DNA of 64,000 nt, from contig CAVSJV010000003.1 in NCBI GenBank assembly GCA_963728405.1, positions 96,001 to 160,000 of the forward strand, read 5' to 3'. This document shows positions 30,115-39,603 of the stretch, piece by piece. Source of the DNA: Methanomassiliicoccaceae archaeon. Its GTDB lineage: Archaea > Thermoplasmatota > Thermoplasmata > Methanomassiliicoccales > Methanomassiliicoccaceae. A model generated the notes under the pieces. It did no database searches and was not told the origin of the DNA. It saw only the letters and a program-made list of their open reading frames with translations. The first letter of the stretch is position 1; each line of letters opens with the position of its first letter. The position numbers and the translations under genes are program-made.

Positions 30115-31286
30115 TTCATTTCCCCCCTTAGGGCGTGCCAGGTGCAGTCCCTGACCTTGTCTCCCCTGGAGCTCTGCTCCACCAGGTCGTACATGTCCCT
30201 CACCATTTCAAGAGTGATGTCTCGGCCTCCGATGCCGGCCACGTGGTCGGTGATCGGCATGCCGCCGCCGTAGAGCGCGTTGCGCGTCTCGGTGAACACC
30301 GGGCCGTAGCCGTTGAACGACGCCGAGCGGTCGAACGTCCCCAGGGCCTTGAGGTGCTTGGTCGCGGCCTTAAGCTCCTCACCGGGGAACGGGCGCATGT
30401 ACCTCAGCTTGATCAGTCCGGCCTTTTTCCCTTCTGATCTCAGCTGGTCGACCGCCTCCCGGGCGATACCGACCCACGTCCCCACACCGATGAGCGCGTA
30501 CTCGGCATCCTCCAGGCGATAGGGGTCCAACAGCCCGCCGTATCTGCGTCCGGTCAGCTCGGCATACTCGTCATCGACCTCCCCGATCACCTGCTTGGAC
30601 GCGTGTACCGCCCGGTCCTGTTGGTAACGCATCTCGGTGGCGTACTCCGGCGGTGTCACCGGGTTGATCATGCTCGGCTCCCTGGGATCGAGCGCATTGA
30701 TCGGAACGAACTTCGGCAGGAAGCGGTCCACCACTGCTTGCTCGGGGATGTCCACTCCCTCCACGGTATGGGAGAGGATGAACCCGTCCAGGCAGACCAT
30801 CATCGGCAGCATGACACGATGGTCCTCGGCGATGCGGAACGCCTGGATGATCATGTCCAGCGCCTCCTGGTTGTCCTCGACGTACACCTGCAGCCAGCCG
30901 CATTCCCGGACCGGCTGCGAATCGTTATGCTCCGTCCATATGCCAGAGGCCGCCCCCAGGCTGCGGTTCGCTATCGCCATCACCACCGGCAGCCGACTTG
31001 GCGCGGCGGCGAAGAGCATCTCGTACATAAGCGCTAACCCCTGCGACGATGTGGCGGTGAACGTACGCACCCCGCCGGCCGAGGCTCCCACCGCGACGGA
31101 CATCACGGAGTGCTCGCTCTCCGCCGGTATGAAGTCAGCGTCCATCAGGCCGTCGTTGATGAACTCGGCGATCTGCTCGATGATGATGGTCTGCGGGGTG
31201 ATCGGAAATCCAGGCACGACCTCGGTGCGGGCGAGCATGGCGCCGTACGCTACCGCCACGTCCCCTGAGATCGTCCTTATTGCCAT
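30111..31286 (-). CDS. porA: 2-oxoacid (pyruvate):ferredoxin oxidoreductase alpha subunit
   Basis: FPITPQT, ESEHS, TATSSQGL, DGFILSH. Confidence 0.93.
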   Translation of the reverse strand: MAIRTISGDVAVAYGAMLARTEVVPGFPITPQTIIIEQIAEFINDGLMDADFIPAESEHSVMSVAVGASAGGVRTFTATSSQGLALMYEMLFAAAPSRLPVVMAIANRSLGAASGIWTEHNDSQPVRECGWLQVYVEDNQEALDMIIQAFRIAEDHRVMLPMMVCLDGFILSHTVEGVDIPEQAVVDRFLPKFVPINALDPREPSMINPVTPPEYATEMRYQQDRAVHASKQVIGEVDDEYAELTGRRYGGLLDPYRLEDAEYALIGVGTWVGIAREAVDQLRSEGKKAGLIKLRYMRPFPGEELKAATKHLKALGTFDRSASFNGYGPVFTETRNALYGGGMPITDHVAGIGGRDITLEMVRDMYDLVEQSSRGDKVRDCTWHALRGEMK

Positions 31287-32188
31287 GTGTGCGCCCCCTG
31301 GACCATATCAATGGCATCCACCGGACATATCTCCGCGCAGATGCCACAGCCCTTGCAATAGTCAAGATCCCATTTCATGAAGTCGTCTTCCAGCCGGATT
31401 ATCGCGGCGTCCGGGCAGGACCACCAGCATCGCAGGCATTGGATGCACCTCTCCTTCTTGTACTTCGGAGTGGACCACTTCCACCGCCCGGTCAGGTTCT
31501 GCCACGACGAGGCGGGACCGACGCCCACGCCATCGTAGTTCATCGCCGTCAGCGAGATGCCGAGGGGGATCTCGTCCCAATCGGGCGTCCATGCCTTCTG
31601 CTCGGCGTACACTCGCTGTCCCTTGCTCCGACCTACCGCAGTGGCCTCATACGCATTTTTAGCAGCGATGCCGTTCAGCAGGCCGGCCCGCGCTCCCAAC
31701 TTCCCGCTGAAACGGTCCTCGATCGCCTCCACGATGCGGTCCAGCGGTACGATGTCCTGGATCTTGGCCACCGCCCCTAGCATGGAGGTGTTGACGATGG
31801 GCAGCTTCAGCACCTCTAGCGAGATCGCCGTAGCGTCCACGGTCCCGCACTCCGCATCCACGCCGGCCCCGAGGTCCACCTCCTCGGGCCGCTGGGTAGT
31901 GTTCATGACGATCCGGCCTCCGGGCTTTAGACCGGCGGCCAGGTCGTAGATCTCGGCGAGCGAGGGGTCCATGATCACCAGTAGATCGGGGCGATAGATC
32001 TGGCTCTTGATCCTGATCCTCTTAGTGTCGATGCGCGCGTAAGCTTGCACCGGAGCGCCCCGGCGCTCCGCACCGAAGTATGGGAAGGCCTGGGCGTGAT
32101 ACCCCATCCTTACCGCCGCATCCGCCAAGGCCTGGGCGGCCATGACCGCGCCCTGCCCTCCCCGACCGTGGAATCTGACCTCGTACAT
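31277..32188 (-). CDS. fused POR gamma-delta subunit
   Basis: EVRFHGRGGQG, FGAERRGAPV (gamma) followed in frame by TGRWK, CIQCLRCWWSCP, CKGCGICAEICP (delta). Confidence 0.9.
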   Translation of the reverse strand: MYEVRFHGRGGQGAVMAAQALADAAVRMGYHAQAFPYFGAERRGAPVQAYARIDTKRIRIKSQIYRPDLLVIMDPSLAEIYDLAAGLKPGGRIVMNTTQRPEEVDLGAGVDAECGTVDATAISLEVLKLPIVNTSMLGAVAKIQDIVPLDRIVEAIEDRFSGKLGARAGLLNGIAAKNAYEATAVGRSKGQRVYAEQKAWTPDWDEIPLGISLTAMNYDGVGVGPASSWQNLTGRWKWSTPKYKKERCIQCLRCWWSCPDAAIIRLEDDFMKWDLDYCKGCGICAEICPVDAIDMVQGAHTWQ

Positions 32189-32261
32189 GTTCGCGACCGC
32201 CCCTCAAAATGACGTTTAAAGGTTTAAGAGGTTACCCGCGGGAGCGGGTCCAAGCGACGAT

Positions 32262-32765
32262 TCACGCGATCTCGTTGAAAGAGGAGCCGGGAGCTCCGCA
32301 CACCACGCAGCGCTCAGGGAGGTACTCCTCCTCGACGTTGCCGCATATGGGGCAGACGAACAGCTTCTTGGCCGGGAGGTCCTCGCCTTTGCTTACCGCC
32401 TCGGCCGCAGCGATGTACTTGCTCTCGTGGACCTTCTCAACGCTGTTAGCATGGGTGAAGGAGCGCACCGCGTCCCGGTTCCCTTCCTCCTTGGCCTGCT
32501 CGATGAAGCCGGGGTACATCGTGGTGTGCTCGTAGTTCTCCCCACCGATCGCTTCCTTCAGGTTGTCCGCCGTGCTGCTCACTCCATTGAGGACCTTGAG
32601 ATGAGCGAGAGCGTGGATCGTTTCCGCTTCGGCCGCCGCCCGGAACAGCTTGGCCACTTGAGGATAGCCGTCCTCCTCGGCCTTCTTGGCGAAAGCAAGG
32701 TATTTCCGGTTCGCTTGTGATTCTCCAGCAAATGCGCTCTTGAGATTATCAGTAGTGGCAGACAT
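32262..32765 (-). CDS. rbr: rubrerythrin
   Basis: AFAGESQANRKY, AETIHA, EKVHE, CPICG...CVVCG. Confidence 0.95.
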   Translation of the reverse strand: MSATTDNLKSAFAGESQANRKYLAFAKKAEEDGYPQVAKLFRAAAEAETIHALAHLKVLNGVSSTADNLKEAIGGENYEHTTMYPGFIEQAKEEGNRDAVRSFTHANSVEKVHESKYIAAAEAVSKGEDLPAKKLFVCPICGNVEEEYLPERCVVCGAPGSSFNEIA

Positions 32766-32826
32766 TTTTATTCTCTCCGTCCTAAATCAACAGCATGAGC
32801 ATATTTTATACTTGTTCCGAACCGAC

Positions 32827-33774
32827 TCACACCTGAATAGTCGCTGGGACCTTCTCGCCCACCATATCGACCCATGGAGAATAGCGGTCGATCTCTCCCC
32901 GGACCGTCATGGCGTAGACACATTGCAGGTGGGAGGTGATCGGCCCGGGGACCTGGGCGCCGATGGGTAATCCGTCGATCGAACGGACCGCGTGCACCTC
33001 CGCGGCCGTCCCGGTCATGAACACCTCGTCGGCAATGAGCAGCTCGCCCCTGGTGATGCTCCTCTCCTGCACTTCGTAACCGAGATCGGTGGCCATACGC
33101 ATCACGGTATCTCGGGTTATCCCCTCTAGGATGCCCTCGGCTAGTCCGGGCGTGGAGATCTTGCCTCTCCGCACCATGAACAGGTTCTCGGCCGAGCCTT
33201 CGGCCACCGTCCCGTTGTGGTTTAGCATGATCGCTTCGTCGGCTCCTAGCCGCATCGCCTCCTTCTTGGCGATGATGGAGTTGACATAGTTACCGCTGAC
33301 CTTAGCATTGAGCGAGGTGGAGCGGTTCGACGGTTTCTCCCAGGACGAAGTGATCAACGACGCGCCGGTCTCGGCCCCCTTGATGTACGCGCCCATATGA
33401 ACGGTCATGATCGCGATATGGGTAGGCACGTTCGTTACGTTGAGGCCGAGCTGCCCATTGCTGCCGTAGAAGGCCAGCGGGCGGATGTAGTCGGCCTGCG
33501 GACCGTTCGCCCTGGTCACCGTCTTGACCGCTTCACAGAGCTCTTCCAGGGAGTAGGGGACATCGAGTTCCAGAACCTTGGCCGAGTCAAGGAACCGAGC
33601 CATGTGGTCCCTCAGCCGGAATATCGCTCTTCCCCTCGGAGTATCGTAGGCCCGCAGGCCCTCGAAGACACCCCATCCATAATGTAATCCGTATGACAGG
33701 ATCGAGACGTTAGCGTCCCTCATGTCGATCAGTTCGCCGTCCCACCAGACCTTTGCTGTGCTATCGATCATCAT
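32827..33774 (-). CDS. ilvE: branched-chain amino acid aminotransferase
   Basis: LHYGWGVFEGLRAY, AKVSGNY, EGSAENLF, LEGITR, GTAAE. Confidence 0.95.
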   Translation of the reverse strand: MMIDSTAKVWWDGELIDMRDANVSILSYGLHYGWGVFEGLRAYDTPRGRAIFRLRDHMARFLDSAKVLELDVPYSLEELCEAVKTVTRANGPQADYIRPLAFYGSNGQLGLNVTNVPTHIAIMTVHMGAYIKGAETGASLITSSWEKPSNRSTSLNAKVSGNYVNSIIAKKEAMRLGADEAIMLNHNGTVAEGSAENLFMVRRGKISTPGLAEGILEGITRDTVMRMATDLGYEVQERSITRGELLIADEVFMTGTAAEVHAVRSIDGLPIGAQVPGPITSHLQCVYAMTVRGEIDRYSPWVDMVGEKVPATIQV

Positions 33775-33836
33775 CCCAAAACCCGTGAGGCTAGGGACTC
33801 TTTGGGAGCAGCATTTATTTGAATTATGTGTCTGGA

Positions 33837-34040
33837 CTAATTGGGCGGGGGCGGTACCTGCTCGACCTGCAGGATGCGCTTCAGGAACTGCCGGGTCCGG
33901 TCGTTCTTCGGATTAATGAAGATCATATCAGAATCACCCTCCTCGAGGAAAGCCCCTGGTCCAGGAAGACGACTTTGTCTGCCACATCCTTGGCAAAGCC
34001 CATCTCATGGGTGACGACGACCATGGTCATCATGTGTATG
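33837..34040 (-). pseudogene. 3' remnant of a polar amino-acid ABC ATPase (GlnQ-like)
   Basis: Manual translation [26 protein letters not shown] / [25 protein letters not shown]; Walker motifs absent. Confidence 0.75.
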
Positions 34041-34251
34041 TCGCATCATGCTATGTTATTTCGTAACATAATTTTTAATTAATCTGATAATAACAATTAC
34101 TGGCCAATTCTACGAATTACGATTGCTCCAACTTACGATGATAAATATCGGCTCTCCCTGTCCAATTTATTCTGAGTAACAGGCCATAAGGCAGCATTGG
34201 AAACGATACTCCCTGGGCAATCGCATAAATCCTACGTTCATAATTAGGGGA

Positions 34252-35295
34252 TTGATGGCAGAGAATAAGCAACTGATCCGGAGCAAGGCGCCGTTGCGCA
34301 TCAGCTTCGCCGGCGGTGGCACCGACGTCCCACCCTATTGCGATGAGCGTGGAGGGGCCGTGCTCAACTCCACCATCGATCGGTTCGCTTATTGTACCAT
34401 CTCCCCCCGGAAGGACAAAGAGATCACGATCCGCTCGCTGGACTATGGGGTCGTGGAGAAGTGGCGGGCCTGCGGGGACATGTTCCTCTATGACGGCAAC
34501 CTTGATCTGATCAAGGCCGTCCTAAACCACTTCGAGGTCGACCGCGGGTTCGACATGTTCCTACATTGCGAAGCGCCTCCCGGCTCAGGCCTCGGTTCCT
34601 CATCCACGGTGATCGTTTCGATAATCGGGGCGATGGCCGAATGGTTGAACGAACCCCTGTCCCAGTACGACATCGCTCATCTCGCCTATGTCCTAGAAAG
34701 GAAGGAGCTGGGGCTAGCCGGGGGGAAACAGGACCAGTATGCATCGGTGTTCGGCGGGTTCAACTTCATGGAGTTCATGGGTCCGCAGACGATTGTCACG
34801 CCGTTGCGGGTCAAGGCCAACATCCTTAACGAGCTACACTACCAGCTGCTGTTGGGCAATACGGGAAAGACCCGAGATTCATCGAACATCATCAAGAGCC
34901 AGACCGCAGGATACCTGGAGAAGAACGAGCAGGTAATGGATGCCCTTGACAACACCAGGCGACTGGCGAAGGAGAGCAAGGACGCATTGCTACGCGGCAA
35001 TATTCGGCAGATCGGAGAGCTCCTGAACGAGTCCTGGAACTACAAGAAGCGCTTCACCTCAAAAATCTCCAATGATCGCATCGATACGATTTACGAAACC
35101 GCCTTGGCCAACGGAGCCATTGGCGGCAAGATCTCCGGGGCCGGCGGGGGCGGGTTCATGTTCTTTATCTGCGAGTATGACCGCAAGCACAACGTGGCCA
35201 ATGAGCTCACGAAGCTAGGCGTGGAGATAGCGAACTATAACTTCGACAAGTACGGCCTGCAGACCTGGAGGTATTGCGATGAGCCTTCTCATTGA
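34252..35295 (+). CDS. hddA: D-glycero-D-manno-heptose 7-phosphate kinase (GHMP kinase)
   Basis: APLRISFAGGGTD, PPGSGLGSSS, GGKQDQYA, KISGAGGGGF. Confidence 0.9.
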   Translation: MMAENKQLIRSKAPLRISFAGGGTDVPPYCDERGGAVLNSTIDRFAYCTISPRKDKEITIRSLDYGVVEKWRACGDMFLYDGNLDLIKAVLNHFEVDRGFDMFLHCEAPPGSGLGSSSTVIVSIIGAMAEWLNEPLSQYDIAHLAYVLERKELGLAGGKQDQYASVFGGFNFMEFMGPQTIVTPLRVKANILNELHYQLLLGNTGKTRDSSNIIKSQTAGYLEKNEQVMDALDNTRRLAKESKDALLRGNIRQIGELLNESWNYKKRFTSKISNDRIDTIYETALANGAIGGKISGAGGGGFMFFICEYDRKHNVANELTKLGVEIANYNFDKYGLQTWRYCDEPSH

Positions 35296-36311
35296 GAACG
35301 AGCTGGCGGAATCGGCCTCGGTGATCTCGTCGGTCGACCCTCGGCAGATCGAAGCGATCGTCAATGCGATCATCACCTCGATGCGCAAGGGCGGAAAGGT
35401 CATCTTGTTCGGCAACGGCGGCAGCGCCGCCGACGCCATGCACCTGGCCGCCGAGTTCTCTGGCCGCTATCTCATGGAACGGCCGGCCATGGATGGTATC
35501 GCCCTCAGTTCTTTGTCCTCCATCACTGGGATCGGCAACGACTACGGTTACGAGCGCGTTTTCGTTCGCCAGCTGGAAGCTTGCCTGAAGGCTGGTGATG
35601 TGGCCATCGGCATAAGCACCAGCGGGACCTCCAAGAAACGTGGTCATCGCTCTGCAGCGGGCCAAGGAGCTAGGTGCGATTACCGCCTCGTTCACCGGTT
35701 CGGGAGGGGCTATCAAGGATATGGTCGATCATCCGTTGATCATACCATCGAAGAGTACCCCTCGCATCCAAGAGTCCTATCTCTGTGCGGGCCACATCAT
35801 CTGCGGTTTGGTGGAGAAAGGCATGTTCGGCAGGAAGGCTGTCTTCATCGACCGGGACGATACCATCGTCAAGGACGTACCCTATTGCTCAAGGCCTGAG
35901 GACCTGCATATTTTCCCGGGAGTGGGTCGTTCCATCAAGAAGCTCAATGACGTCGGGTATCTGGTCGTATTGGTGACTAACCAATCGGGAGTCAGCCGGG
36001 GTTACTTTGACGAGGCCATGCTAACAAAGATCCACGAAAAGCTGCGCAAGGACCTGGAGGCCGACGGCGCCACCATTGACGCCATCTACTATTGCCCTCA
36101 CCATCCCGATGACAAGTGTTCCTGCCGGAAGCCGGCCACAGGCATGATCGAGCGGGCGGTCAGGGACCTGAGCATCGATCTGCGTTCCTCGTTCGTCATC
36201 GGCGACGGGGACCATGACGTAGCTATGGGGGAGAAGGCCGGATGCGTTGCGTTCAAGGTCGGTAAGGGATTCGCCTTCAACGACGCCGTGGATAAGATAC
36301 TAGAACGATAG
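35279..36311 (+). CDS. fused sedoheptulose-7-P isomerase (GmhA) / heptose-1,7-bisP phosphatase (GmhB); frameshift near 35638
   Basis: GNGGSAADAMH, GNDYGY, ISTSGTS; ORF 35640..36311 has the GmhA tail (TPRIQE...GH) in frame with FIDRDDTI, TNQSG, CPHHPDDKCSCRKP. Confidence 0.85.
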
Positions 36312-36313
36312 GG

Positions 36314-37201
36314 TCAGTCCTTCTTGACATCCTTGGTGGAGGCTACCTGGCTCCACACCGCTTTGTCGCCTCGGTCCAGGGTAACGTAAACGGTCGCGTA
36401 TAGTCTGGCCATGCCCTCCATGGCCATGGCCACCAGTATCTTCGGCAGGTAGCGTCTGTTGTCCCGTAGGAAATCTAGGTATGATGCAAAGAGGTAGCGG
36501 GCGTTCCAGGTCGGGACCTCATAGCCGTAAATGCGCTTCATGTACTGCTCGCCGATGTTGACCCGGGTCCTCTGTTTAAAGAAGTCCCGGACCGTGGTCG
36601 GCCCCTTGTTGTGGACGATGGCCTCGGGAGCGTAAACGGTCCTCAGGTCTTTCCTCTCCAGCTCCATCCGGATGATGTCCTCATCCGATTGCATGCTCGT
36701 CGGCAATTCCATGCGAGGGTTGCGGAACGCCACCAGCTCGCCGGCCTTTGGATAGATCAAAGACAATCGATGATGCATGTCCCACAACATGTGGACAGCG
36801 AACCCAGTGACCGTGTTCTTCTCATTGGTTGGAATCGGATGGCCGCCGACCATACCGACGGCGGGGTCTTCGAAGGGGTGCAACAGCGAAGCCAGGGAGC
36901 CGGGCGCCAGGGTGTTGTCGGCATTGAGCAAGACGAGCACTTCGCCCCTGGCCTCGGCCATGAATAGATTGACAGCGGAGTTCTTACCCGCCCTCCGCTC
37001 CTGACGCAACAACCTGATGCGGGGATCGACCTTTGCATATTCCTGAACTATGTCGTCGGTGCGGTCGGTGCTTGCGCTCGATACCACGATCACCTCCACG
37101 ACATCGAAGCCGTTCAACGTCTGGGCGGATATCGATCTAACGGAATCCAGGATATTTTTCTCCTCGTTGTACGCGCATACACCTATTGACACCAGCATCA
37201 T
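36314..37201 (-). CDS. GT2 glycosyltransferase
   Basis: VSIGVCAYNEE, STDRT, GKNSA, NAD, QRTR. Confidence 0.88.
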   Translation of the reverse strand: MMLVSIGVCAYNEEKNILDSVRSISAQTLNGFDVVEVIVVSSASTDRTDDIVQEYAKVDPRIRLLRQERRAGKNSAVNLFMAEARGEVLVLLNADNTLAPGSLASLLHPFEDPAVGMVGGHPIPTNEKNTVTGFAVHMLWDMHHRLSLIYPKAGELVAFRNPRMELPTSMQSDEDIIRMELERKDLRTVYAPEAIVHNKGPTTVRDFFKQRTRVNIGEQYMKRIYGYEVPTWNARYLFASYLDFLRDNRRYLPKILVAMAMEGMARLYATVYVTLDRGDKAVWSQVASTKDVKKD

Positions 37202-37370
37202 ACTGATAGGGGTAATGTGAATGGTTTTTAACTTATTATCGAACGAAGGGGTGTTCTTGCTCCAGACGAGGGCATGATGGTTTTCCAATAGGTCCTTCCC
37301 GCCGCGGGAAGCTGGGGTCCCCCTCCGTAGTAGCTCTTATCTACAGATAGTCACATGGGCAGCGCAAGAA

Positions 37371-38327
37371 TTGGATATGATGAACGATAGCAGCCGTCCT
37401 AAGGTTTCCGTAGTTATCCCTTCCCATAATCGCAAGGACAAACTGCTGCGTCTTCTGGACTCAGTGGTAAAAAGCGATTACCCCTCAGACTGGATAGAGT
37501 TGATCGTTGTCGATGACGCTTCCACCGACGGCACCTCCGAAGCGGTGGTCGATCGCTTTCCCAAAGCGGTGGTCATCAGGAACAAGACCAATTCCTTCGT
37601 GTCCCACTCCAGGAACGTTGGGATCGGACGGGCCAGTGGCGACCTGATCTTCGTCCTGGATGATGATAATGTCATTGATACCCGTTGCATCTCCATGCTG
37701 GTGGAGGGGTTCGGGTCCGGACCCCGTGTCGGCCTGGTGGGACCGACCATGTATTATTACGGAGATCCCAAGAGGATATGGTGCGCGGGCATCGATCGAA
37801 GCATGATCACGTCCCTCACACGGATAATAGGACGCGACGAGATGGACACTGGGCAGTTTCCCCACATAATGCCTTCAAAGGACTTCCCCAATGCGTTCAT
37901 GATGAGCCGCCGTGCCCTCGACAAGGCTGGCATGTTCAACGAGAAGCTGTTCCCCTTCTTATATGAAGAGTCGGACATCGCCGAGAGGATCCGTAGGGCT
38001 GGTTTCGATGTTCTTTTCCAACCGGCCGCCAAGGATTGGCACGATATTCCCACAAACGAGGCGACGGAGGATAAGCTAAGGCTCCTTCATATCCACGACG
38101 AGAAAAGGGCCTATTTCGCTGGAAAGAACCGCGTCCTGTTCTTCAGACTATATTCCAAGCCATATGAGAGGTTCCTCTACCTGATGGTCTTTAATTGGGT
38201 CATGGCAGGCTACTACTTGGGAACGATCCTGCGGGCAAGGGGAAAAGGCCGCCCGGAACGGATGAAGCTGGCCAGAGGTTATGTATCGGGCATATTCGAC
38301 GGCCTTAGGGAAGACCTGGACGGCTGA
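37371..38327 (+). CDS. GT2 glycosyltransferase
   Basis: VSVVIPSHNR, VVDDASTDGT, LDDDN, YEESD. Confidence 0.9.
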   Translation: MDMMNDSSRPKVSVVIPSHNRKDKLLRLLDSVVKSDYPSDWIELIVVDDASTDGTSEAVVDRFPKAVVIRNKTNSFVSHSRNVGIGRASGDLIFVLDDDNVIDTRCISMLVEGFGSGPRVGLVGPTMYYYGDPKRIWCAGIDRSMITSLTRIIGRDEMDTGQFPHIMPSKDFPNAFMMSRRALDKAGMFNEKLFPFLYEESDIAERIRRAGFDVLFQPAAKDWHDIPTNEATEDKLRLLHIHDEKRAYFAGKNRVLFFRLYSKPYERFLYLMVFNWVMAGYYLGTILRARGKGRPERMKLARGYVSGIFDGLREDLDG

Positions 38328-38362
38328 TCGCACCGGCGGGTCGATCGTGTTCTTGAAACCTT

Positions 38363-39486
38363 TCAGGTCTCCTGGTCCGGCCCGGCTCGACCGGGCGGCT
38401 TGACCAGACCACTGATCAAACGCTCGAAGTCCGCTGCGCTCCGGTCCCAACTGAACTGGCGGGCCCAGTTCAAGGAACGCTCGCTGAGCCGGGTCCGCAG
38501 TCCTTCGTCCGTCAATACTTTCATTAGCGCTTCGGCAAGGCCTTCGATGTCTCCCTCGGGAACGAGCAGGCCCGTCTGATCGTCTATGATAGAATCCCTT
38601 AATCCAGGAACATGTCATAGGATATGGCGGGGGTCCCCCGGGCATTGGCCTCGATCACCGAGATCCCCCAGCCCTCCTTCATGGATGCGGTGACGAACAC
38701 CCAGGCGGAGGATAAAGTCTCTTTCTTCTCCTCGTCGCTGACCTCACCTAGGAACCGAACACTGTCCTTCACGCCCATCTCTGAAGCGAGCGACCTTAGA
38801 GCCTCTACATCTCCTCGTCCAGCAATCACAAGTTCGGCCGCGGAGATCGTTTTCTTGACCGCCGCGAAGGCCCGTATCACATGGTCCAACCGCTTGTAAT
38901 CCTTTATCCGCCCCATGTAGACGATCCGGGGAGAGGCGGCCTTACTACCACTTCCCTCGCAAGCAAGGTCTATCCCGTTCTGTACAACGCTGATCCGATC
39001 CTGCCAATCCCGAAATCTACCAGCTCACTCCTGCTGCTCTCCGAAACGGTGACGAACGGGCATTGTCGATATAATGAAGGGATGGACCTCTCGCCAACAT
39101 AACCAATGATGGAAGCGGGGAAGGGTAGTTCTCTCTTGAAAATCGGCCACCCCACTATGTGATGGACCACTGCTATGATGGGGGCCCTGGAGAACAGTGG
39201 AGAAAAGAACGAGACGCCGTTGATGTCATCGATCACCATATCATAATCTTGTGAGCTGGCCAGAAGGCGAAGTGCCACTTGTACGTATTGAGAGTATTTT
39301 CCCCCCCGCCTGATCACGGTGATGCCATCGATAATCTCATCACTCTTTGAGCCGGAGTACCGTGCACTGAAAAGGGTGACCTCGTGATTCCTTGCCAACC
39401 TCTTGCCTATCTCGTGGACTGTACTTCTCGGCTCCACCGGCTTCTGGGTGAGTGATGTCCCTCCAGTTCAGAATCAGTATTCTCAA
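38363..39486 (-). CDS. GT4 glycosyltransferase (several frameshifts)
   Basis: LRILILNWRDITHPEAGGAE, GRIKDYKR, EGWGISVIEANARGTP, WARQFSWDRSA across frames. Confidence 0.8.
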
Positions 39487-39603
39487 GCCGTTGTCACACT
39501 CTTCCTCATGCCTCAGCACATTACCTGATGCAATAAAAATATTGAACGATTGCCCGAGGGCATATGTGATCCATTCGATATTTTGTCAGCTCTACCCATC
39601 TAT

